Of a stretch of 64,000 bases of DNA, positions 9,927 to 17,196 are shown one piece after another. The notes below the pieces were generated by a model. That model saw nothing but the letters and a program-made list of their open reading frames with translations, made no database searches and was not told the origin of the DNA. This DNA comes from an uncultured Bacteroidales bacterium (GTDB lineage Bacteria; Bacteroidota; Bacteroidia; Bacteroidales; GWA2-32-17). Where the stretch lies: positions 245 through 64,244 of the forward strand of contig CAYSIN010000005.1 in the NCBI GenBank assembly GCA_964431135.1, read 5' to 3'. The first letter of the stretch is position 1; every line of letters begins with the position of its first letter. A program made the translations under genes and the position numbers.

Positions 9927-10391
9927 TTATTTGCTGTTCTGTCCGCTAACATTCTTACTTGCGTTTGCTCTTTCCTTATGTTTTTCCCTGAGTTCTTTCA
10001 AGTAATTTTTCAATTGTTCCGACTGGTCAAGAGTAAAAGACTTATCGTTAATAATAATATGTTTTACACCGACCCCTTTCAGGAAATTTAAAAAGGTTGG
10101 TTCTTCTTTCGAAGCAAGTATAAGTTTAGATTTACGTGCTCCGTTTGATTCTGCTTCAGCCAGATAATCAAATTCTTTAACCCCCGATTGGCTTAAAGCA
10201 AGTTTTTTGAATGCTTCAAAATCGCTTGCCGTTTGCAATCCAGAAACTTTTAAGCCAGTTAGCAAAAAAGCATCGTTTACTTTTTCAAAAAGTTTGCCTG
10301 TGTTGTTTTTTATAACAAAGTCAACACTTTTTTGAGCGTAACTCCAACTAACCATGGTTAGTACAAAAACTAAAACAAATAATTTTTTCAT
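9927..10391 (-). CDS. Hypothetical exported protein, probable distant paralogue of 9490..9924
   Basis: MKKLFVLVFVLTMVSWSYAQ signal peptide; LKVSGL...SGVKEF pattern. Confidence 0.65.
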   Translation of the reverse strand: MKKLFVLVFVLTMVSWSYAQKSVDFVIKNNTGKLFEKVNDAFLLTGLKVSGLQTASDFEAFKKLALSQSGVKEFDYLAEAESNGARKSKLILASKEEPTFLNFLKGVGVKHIIINDKSFTLDQSEQLKNYLKELREKHKERANASKNVSGQNSK

Positions 10392-10418
10392 AAGTATAAA
10401 ATTTTAAAAATTAGTGCT

Positions 10419-10449
10419 CAAATATAATACTTTTTTTTGATTGTACAAA
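10419..10449 (-). promoter_or_regulatory. Bacteroidota primary sigma promoter for the 10391-9924-thx unit
   Basis: TTTG (10449-10446), 19-bp spacer, TATATTTG (10426-10419). Confidence 0.55.
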
Positions 10450-10494
10450 ATTTTTTTTTAAAGGTTTAACCTGAATGATTCAGGTTAATATTCC

Positions 10495-11397
10495 TTACTC
10501 CAACTTAGGCTTTGAACGATTGAACTTCACAATAAATAATAATTCATGTGAGCCCATGCTATGTTTATTTATATCCGTAAGGGTATAATCATAAGCATAT
10601 CCAAAGATAAAACGGTCTTTACAAATGCCTGCATTTACTACAACGGCATCGCTGGTACGATAAGATAATCCTATCCAGAATGCTTGCTTATAAATACCTT
10701 TAACGTTTATATCCCCTTGTGCAATGCCTGCTTCCACATAATTGGCAAGCAACGAAGGTTGAATAGAAAAATTATTATTGATATCAAACGTATAACCGCC
10801 TGTTAAAAAATAATGTCGTACCTGCTTGTTTTCTATAATATTATCGGTCATCATATCCACTTTTCTATTAAATAATTGATAAACAGATATACCGACATAG
10901 TAATGACTACTATAATAATAGGCACCAAAAGCAGCATCGGGAGTAATTAATTTTTCGCTGCCATACAGTATTACATTATCATCCTGCTCTTCGAGTTTCA
11001 GTAAACTTTTATTCAAATAAACCTGATACAACTGAGCCGATAATCCTAATGAAATTTTATCGCCCTTATTACCAATTTTAAAATGATAGGCATACGTGGC
11101 TTCAATGCCCAATTTAGACAAGGGACCTGTAGCATAATTAAAAATTTTACCTCCTAAACCTACGTTGTCGCCTGCCAGAAAATGTGCACTGATACTTTGC
11201 ATGGCTGGGGCATCGTCCATACCCGACCACCAACGTTTATAATTAAACGCCAACGGACTGTATGATGTTGTTCCCGTAACAGCAGGATTTATTAAATATG
11301 GATTTTCCATGTACTGGCTCACTGTTGGAATTTGCTGAGCCCGCACGGTCAGGTTAAACATTAAACCTGTCATTACTATTCCCAATATCTTTTTCAT
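10495..11397 (-). CDS. sprF: PorP/SprF-family T9SS outer-membrane beta-barrel
   Basis: SQYMENPYLINPAVTG start, PDAAFG, RHYFLTGGY, GYAYDY and GSHE motifs; 10 bp downstream of a type B CTD adhesin. Confidence 0.9.
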   Translation of the reverse strand: MKKILGIVMTGLMFNLTVRAQQIPTVSQYMENPYLINPAVTGTTSYSPLAFNYKRWWSGMDDAPAMQSISAHFLAGDNVGLGGKIFNYATGPLSKLGIEATYAYHFKIGNKGDKISLGLSAQLYQVYLNKSLLKLEEQDDNVILYGSEKLITPDAAFGAYYYSSHYYVGISVYQLFNRKVDMMTDNIIENKQVRHYFLTGGYTFDINNNFSIQPSLLANYVEAGIAQGDINVKGIYKQAFWIGLSYRTSDAVVVNAGICKDRFIFGYAYDYTLTDINKHSMGSHELLFIVKFNRSKPKLE

Positions 11398-11407
11398 AGC
11401 AATAAAA

Positions 11408-14400
11408 TTATTTCATTAAAGTTACAGAACCCGTAAATGGCTTGCTGCCATCTTTTAAATCTATGACATAATAATATGTTGCCGATGGCAATTGCTTATC
11501 GTTCTTTGTTCCATCCCATGGCTTATCGTAGCCAGTTGATTCAAATACCTTTACTCCCCACTGGTCGTATATTAACACACTGCAATTAGGAAATGCCTGA
11601 ATATATTTAATATTCCAAACATCGTTTTTCCCATCTCCATTAGGTGTAAAAGCATTATAAATTTCTATATGTTTTCCTTCGCTTTCAACATTTACGGAAT
11701 CGGAAACAGTACATCCATTATCATCGGTAATAGTTACATAATACATACCCTGTGAAATATTGGATAAATCTTCCGTTTCGGTAGAATTAGACCATAAATA
11801 TGAATAAGGTTGTGTACCGCCAAATACCATAAGGTCAATTTTCCCATCCGAAAGCCCTTCAAACGAAACCGGTGTTACTATTGTAGATAAAGACAACGAA
11901 CCGGGTTGTCGAATAATGACAGAATCCGTATAATTTCCACATTTATCACTTACGGTATAATAATAAGTCCCTGCAGACAAGTGTGAAATAATGGAATCAG
12001 TGCTTGCATTGGACCAGTGATAAGAATACGGAAGAACGCCATTCGAAGGTATCAGTGTTATGCTTCCATTACTATTTCCGAAACACAATACATTTTCCTT
12101 TTGACTGGTAACATTTAATGGCGTTTTATAATTTATAGTAAACGGCACCACTGTGTTACCACAAAAATCAGAAACAGTAACGAAATAACTTCCTGTTGGC
12201 AAATGCTGTAATATACTATCAGTAGTGGTTCCAAAACTCCACGTGTAGGAATAAGGTTGAACACCATACATTGGAGTAATGATAGCCATACCTGTACTGT
12301 CAGAAATACAATCGGTAGGGCTGTTAAAGGAGATATAAGCCTGCAACGGTGTTTTGTAACCTATTTCTACAGAATCTATGGAACTGGCACACTGGTCGGT
12401 TACTGTAACAAAATTCCATCCCGGGCTTAAATCCAATGCAACGGAACCTGTACTGGCAGAATTAGACCATGTATATGAGTATGGTGGAAATCCATTTTGA
12501 ACATTTACCGTTGCCTTTCCATCCTGAGAGTTGGAGCATGAAGCATTTACAAAAAATGTAATGTGGGCAGACACAGGAGGAATAACATCAATCATAACAG
12601 AATCTATTAACGAAGTACAAGCATCCGTAACCGTAACATAATTCATTCCTGTCGTTAAATGAGTAGCCGTTGCCAATGTATCACCCGAAGTCCATAAATA
12701 GGTAAAGGGTGAAGAACCATCAAATACAGAAATCGTAGCACTTCCATTAGAAATAGAAGGACACGATGCAGGTGATGATGTAGTAATATCAATAGACATG
12801 GGACTTTGAACACCTGTATTCACAGATAAAATGACTTGACCACACGCATCACTCACGGTAACGGAATTTAATCCGGCTGGTAACTGCGTAGCCGTAGAAG
12901 TAGTTTCACCAGAAGTCCATATATATGAAAATGGTGCTACACCATCGGTTATAGAAACAACGGCTATGCCATTAGATATTCCTGTACAGGAAACGGGTGC
13001 AGAAAACGAAATGCTTGCCTGCATAGGCGGTAAACTGGTTATTTGAACAGAATCTATAATGGAGCCACAATAATCGGACACCGTTACATAGTGCCATCCT
13101 ACTGATAAATCGTTAGCAATGTCTGTGGTGCTGGTTGAATTTGACCAAACATACGAGTATGGTGTTATTCCACCCGATACCATTATCATAGCATAACCAT
13201 TGGTAGAAGTGCTGCATGTTGCTGGTTGAGAGGATGTAATGGATGCCTGCATGGATGGTAAACTGGTAGCAGATACTGAATCAATAATTGAACTGTTGCA
13301 CTGGTCGGTAACGGTAACATACGTTGTTCCTACACCGATTTGATTGTTATAAGAAGTCGTTACACCATTGGTCCATGTGTAGGTATAGGGAGCAAGACCA
13401 TCGGAAGCAGAAACATGAACTTCACCATTGATGGATGAAGAACAAAATAATACTAAGGTATGAGTATTGATGCTGGCAGAAAGTGGAACATAAGGATTAA
13501 CCTGAGCAGAGAATATGGATGAGCATAATGATGATGAAGTTACTGTAACGGTATAAGTTCCTGCAACTAAGTTAGAAATATCTTCCGAAGAGGCTAAATT
13601 TGACCACAAAAAAGAATAAGGCGTATCGCCATGTGAAATCGTAATGTCAATACTGCCTGTACCGGCAGCACATGTTTCATGGGTTACTGTACCGGTAATA
13701 ACCGGAAAATCATGAACATTGATGGGCTGGTTTGCTACATTAGTACATCCATTATTATCAGTGGCTGTAACAGAAAAAATTGTAGTAGTTGCTGGAATAA
13801 TAATTAATGGATTGGAAGAACTGCCTGTGTTCCATAGATAAGTTTGTCCTCCACTTGCTGTCAAGGTTACAGAATTTCCAGCACATATATCGGTAGAAGA
13901 AGCATTAATGGTAACTGTTGGTTTTGGATAAACAGTAATATTAGCCGTATCGGAATATCCTTTACATCCAGAAGAATTGGTAGCAATGGCATAATAAATA
14001 CCTGTCGAACCAGCAATATAATAAGGAGTGGTATATCCAGGTATTAACGAACCTCCGTTATACCATTCATAAGTACAATCGCTTCCATTGGTAGCAATAA
14101 TGGTTAAACTGTCGCCTTCACAAAAAGTATAACTGCCATGACTTGTTAAACTAATCATGGGCGAATCGACAGTTAAAATTATAGTATTAGTGGCAGTACA
14201 GTTTTTGCTATCCGTTACTGTAACACTGTATGTGCCCGGAGATAAAGAAGAAATATCTTCTGTGGTAGCACTGTTGCTCCAATTATAGGCAAACGGTGGT
14301 GTCCCATTATAAACAATTAAATCGATGCTTCCATCATTTCCAGGAATACAAGAGGGTTTCTGCATTAAATACGATAATGAAGGAGGATTATTGATGGGGA

Positions 14401-16696
14401 CAACCATGCCCGTTTTAATTGCGGAACAACTATTGTCATCGGTAACGGTGATGCTGTATGTTCCTGCTGTCAAATTAATTCTATCTTCCAGTGAATTTCC
14501 ATCGTTCCAGTTATAAGTATAAGGCATGGTTCCTCCACTGACGATGATATCTATACTCCCATCATTTCCGGGTACACAGGAAGGTGCTTCTATAATGGCA
14601 GAAATACTGGGAGCAAGCGGATTTACTACATTAAAGGTTTTTGCAATTGTACATCCATTACCATCGGTTATTGTAACTGTATAAGAATTCACATCCAATC
14701 CTGATAAATCTTCAGTAACCTGACCGTTTGACCATAAATAACTGTATGCAGGTGTACCCCCAGTCACTGTTATGTCAATGGCTCCATCATGGCTTGGAAC
14801 ACACGTTGGTGGAGTGACAATTCCCGATACATTTAATGCTGCCGGTGTATTAATTTTTACGGAATCATTCTTTGAGCAATTGTTAGCATCAAGAACTGTA
14901 ACAGAATACCATCCCGGTGCCAGTCCGATGATATCTTCTGTATTACTTCCATTACTCCAAGAATAGGAATAAGGAGATGCACCTCCTGTTACCGTTAAAT
15001 TAATAGAACCATCATTTACTCCAAAACAGGATGTGTTTTGCACGTTAAACACTAATGCCATGGCTGTACCTTCAGAGATGTAGGATGAATCGTTTTTTGC
15101 TGCACCCAGAGCGTCGGTTACCGTAACTTTGTACCAGCCTGCTTTTAACAGAGTAATGTCTTCACTGGTTGAAGTAAAACCACCTGGACCTGTCCACGCA
15201 TAGGTATATGGACCAGTACCATTGCCGGAAACGGTTAAATCTATACTTCCTGAAGAATCACCATAACAAACGTTAGGAATATTGACAAACGTCAAATTAA
15301 TTTTACCAAATTTTGCCACAAACATATCTCTGGTAGAAGGCGAAGGATTTGTGAGTGTTTTATTATTAATGTATAATGTTGCTGAATAAAAAGGACCCAC
15401 AAACAGATTGGCGTTATTGGCATTAATTTTACCATTTTCACAAAAATCGTTTCCTGTGCCCCATGCTTTGTTTACACCCAATACATTTCCATTTCTGTCC
15501 GTTTCAAGCATAAACGCATCAGTAGCACTATTTGTAAGGCTGAAAGAACTAAAAGAGATATTGCCTGTATAGGAACCGGTAAAAATAGCGTGGTCGGCAT
15601 TGGCGTATACGCCTGTTGCCTGGTCATCGCCACCAGAGCCATAACTGTTCACCCATGTTAGCGTACCGTCGTAACTGTAACATGCAGTAAAGATATCATT
15701 ACTGCCATGATTGACACAAGTTTTAGTTGAAACTTGGGTTGCTGTAGAATCAATAGTTAAAGAAGGACTGTCATAATAACCACTCAAATATTGAAAACTG
15801 GAATAATCAGTAAAATGACGTATTAAATAATCTTCACCGGTACCCTTAATACTTCTTACCCATTGAACATTACCACTCGTGTCTGTTCTAAACAACATCA
15901 TATCACGGGTAGAAGATGTACTGACAACAGTATCTACTTCCAGATAAAGACTGTCGGCATATAAACCACTGAAATAATAAGAAGTATTATCATAAGAAAC
16001 TGAACGAATATTATTGTTAGAATTATTTCCCTTGAATGTTTTTGCCCAAATTAAATTACCATTCGAATCAAATTTGGATATATAATTTTGTTGAATACCT
16101 GTATAGGGAGAAATAAAAGAAAGTATTCCACCATAAAAAGTAACCGAATTGGTATATTTACCAATTTGTATCACATTTTCGCTGGCATCAACGGTCAGGT
16201 TTCCACCAAACTGTTGGGTAACACCGTAAGCTGCTTTAATTGTCCACACCAACGAACCATCGGAAGTATTGTATTTGGCTAAAAAAACATCATTACCGCC
16301 GGAAGTTGCCAGCGTAGTTCCACCAAAATTGCAATCGTTACTTAAAAATTGACCACCTACATAAAACGTGTTTCCATTCTGACTTAATGCAATACCAGCG
16401 GCATTTTCAGCCTGTGACCCACCAATACCCTTTAGCCAAAGGAGTTGTCCTTGTCCATTGTATTTTGCTATGTAAATATCTTGACCTCCGACAGCAGTAA
16501 GAGAAAATGTATCCTGACTGATAGTATTGTTATAAATCCCAATAATATATAGATTTCCCGAAGCATCTTCTACCACAGAAACGGGGACGCTTTGTCCTGA
16601 GCCCGAAAGTTGACTTACCCACAATAAATCGTTATGCTGAGCATGCAACGTAAAAAATAATACAACCCCTAATACGGTTAATAATAAATTCTTCAT
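11408..16696 (-). CDS. SprB-like adhesin: N-terminal beta-propeller, SprB repeats, T9SS type B (gliding-motility) CTD
   Basis: DASGN/DSNGN propeller repeats, many GSIDLTVxGG...YSYxWSNG...TVTDxxGC repeats, C-terminal NAFTPNGDGKNDVW...IYDQWG...WDG...TYYY. Confidence 0.9.
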   Translation of the reverse strand: MKNLLLTVLGVVLFFTLHAQHNDLLWVSQLSGSGQSVPVSVVEDASGNLYIIGIYNNTISQDTFSLTAVGGQDIYIAKYNGQGQLLWLKGIGGSQAENAAGIALSQNGNTFYVGGQFLSNDCNFGGTTLATSGGNDVFLAKYNTSDGSLVWTIKAAYGVTQQFGGNLTVDASENVIQIGKYTNSVTFYGGILSFISPYTGIQQNYISKFDSNGNLIWAKTFKGNNSNNNIRSVSYDNTSYYFSGLYADSLYLEVDTVVSTSSTRDMMLFRTDTSGNVQWVRSIKGTGEDYLIRHFTDYSSFQYLSGYYDSPSLTIDSTATQVSTKTCVNHGSNDIFTACYSYDGTLTWVNSYGSGGDDQATGVYANADHAIFTGSYTGNISFSSFSLTNSATDAFMLETDRNGNVLGVNKAWGTGNDFCENGKINANNANLFVGPFYSATLYINNKTLTNPSPSTRDMFVAKFGKINLTFVNIPNVCYGDSSGSIDLTVSGNGTGPYTYAWTGPGGFTSTSEDITLLKAGWYKVTVTDALGAAKNDSSYISEGTAMALVFNVQNTSCFGVNDGSINLTVTGGASPYSYSWSNGSNTEDIIGLAPGWYSVTVLDANNCSKNDSVKINTPAALNVSGIVTPPTCVPSHDGAIDITVTGGTPAYSYLWSNGQVTEDLSGLDVNSYTVTITDGNGCTIAKTFNVVNPLAPSISAIIEAPSCVPGNDGSIDIIVSGGTMPYTYNWNDGNSLEDRINLTAGTYSITVTDDNSCSAIKTGMVVPINNPPSLSYLMQKPSCIPGNDGSIDLIVYNGTPPFAYNWSNSATTEDISSLSPGTYSVTVTDSKNCTATNTIILTVDSPMISLTSHGSYTFCEGDSLTIIATNGSDCTYEWYNGGSLIPGYTTPYYIAGSTGIYYAIATNSSGCKGYSDTANITVYPKPTVTINASSTDICAGNSVTLTASGGQTYLWNTGSSSNPLIIIPATTTIFSVTATDNNGCTNVANQPINVHDFPVITGTVTHETCAAGTGSIDITISHGDTPYSFLWSNLASSEDISNLVAGTYTVTVTSSSLCSSIFSAQVNPYVPLSASINTHTLVLFCSSSINGEVHVSASDGLAPYTYTWTNGVTTSYNNQIGVGTTYVTVTDQCNSSIIDSVSATSLPSMQASITSSQPATCSTSTNGYAMIMVSGGITPYSYVWSNSTSTTDIANDLSVGWHYVTVSDYCGSIIDSVQITSLPPMQASISFSAPVSCTGISNGIAVVSITDGVAPFSYIWTSGETTSTATQLPAGLNSVTVSDACGQVILSVNTGVQSPMSIDITTSSPASCPSISNGSATISVFDGSSPFTYLWTSGDTLATATHLTTGMNYVTVTDACTSLIDSVMIDVIPPVSAHITFFVNASCSNSQDGKATVNVQNGFPPYSYTWSNSASTGSVALDLSPGWNFVTVTDQCASSIDSVEIGYKTPLQAYISFNSPTDCISDSTGMAIITPMYGVQPYSYTWSFGTTTDSILQHLPTGSYFVTVSDFCGNTVVPFTINYKTPLNVTSQKENVLCFGNSNGSITLIPSNGVLPYSYHWSNASTDSIISHLSAGTYYYTVSDKCGNYTDSVIIRQPGSLSLSTIVTPVSFEGLSDGKIDLMVFGGTQPYSYLWSNSTETEDLSNISQGMYYVTITDDNGCTVSDSVNVESEGKHIEIYNAFTPNGDGKNDVWNIKYIQAFPNCSVLIYDQWGVKVFESTGYDKPWDGTKNDKQLPSATYYYVIDLKDGSKPFTGSVTLMK

Positions 16697-16722
16697 AATT
16701 AAAAAAATTTTATGAATAATAT

Positions 16723-16854
16723 TTAACTTAAAGATGGTCCATAGTCACCATCGTCAGTAGTGTAAGCACCACCTTGAGATTCTTGAACTGGAAGTTCCAT
16801 GAGTGCAGGTGCTTCCCACACTTGTTTTTGATTAGTTTCATTTATTGATTCCAT
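16723..16854 (-). CDS. 43-aa peptide, lasso/paeninodin-like RiPP precursor candidate (not in ORF track)
   Basis: MESINETNQKQVWEAPALMELPVQESQGGAYTTDDGDYGPSLS. WxxPxLxxLxV leader motif, more GC-rich than its flanks, consensus promoter 20 bp upstream. Confidence 0.65.
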   Translation of the reverse strand: MESINETNQKQVWEAPALMELPVQESQGGAYTTDDGDYGPSLS

Positions 16855-16873
16855 AAAGCATTATATTTTGGAA

Positions 16874-16905
16874 CAAAGGTAATACATTTTTATTCATAAT
16901 TCAAA
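16874..16905 (-). promoter_or_regulatory. Bacteroidota primary sigma promoter for the peptide-adhesin-sprF unit
   Basis: TTTG (16905-16902), 20-bp spacer, TACCTTTG (16881-16874). Confidence 0.65.
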
Positions 16906-16962
16906 AAAAATTAAATTGTTTTTTACCATAAAAAGATTCGAACTACATTACAAAATAAAATT

Positions 16963-17082
16963 TGGAAATATGGAAATTTGGAAATGTAGGAATGTGAGAA
17001 TGTGGAAATGTGGAAATGTGGAAATGTGAGAATGTGGAAATGTGAGAATGTGGAAATGTGAGAATGTAGGAATGTGGGAATA
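16963..17082. repeat. Octamer minisatellite, 15 units
   Basis: Units TGGAAATG, TGAGAATG, TAGGAATG and TGGGAATA in exact 8-bp register. Confidence 0.95.
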
Positions 17083-17114
17083 AGGTCCTGTCTAAGTCTA
17101 ATAACGGGATAATT

Positions 17115-17164
17115 TATACCAGACCGCAAACAAAAGAATAAAAATGTGCATCCTCGTTGCAAAC
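17115..17164 (+). mobile_element. MITE-like dispersed repeat, 5' half (copy A)
   Basis: TATACCAGACCGCAAACAAAAGAATAAAAATGTGCATCCTCGTTGCAAAC aligns with 19922-19971; the 3' half is missing. Confidence 0.7.
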
Positions 17165-17196
17165 ATTTAAACGTTAACATATTTTTCAAAAAGTAT

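Noticed and set aside
16963-17082. Possible CRISPR array
   Set aside because: 8-bp contiguous units with no unique spacers and no cas genes. The 40-bp (1372) and 66-bp (42269) repeats also lack spacers.
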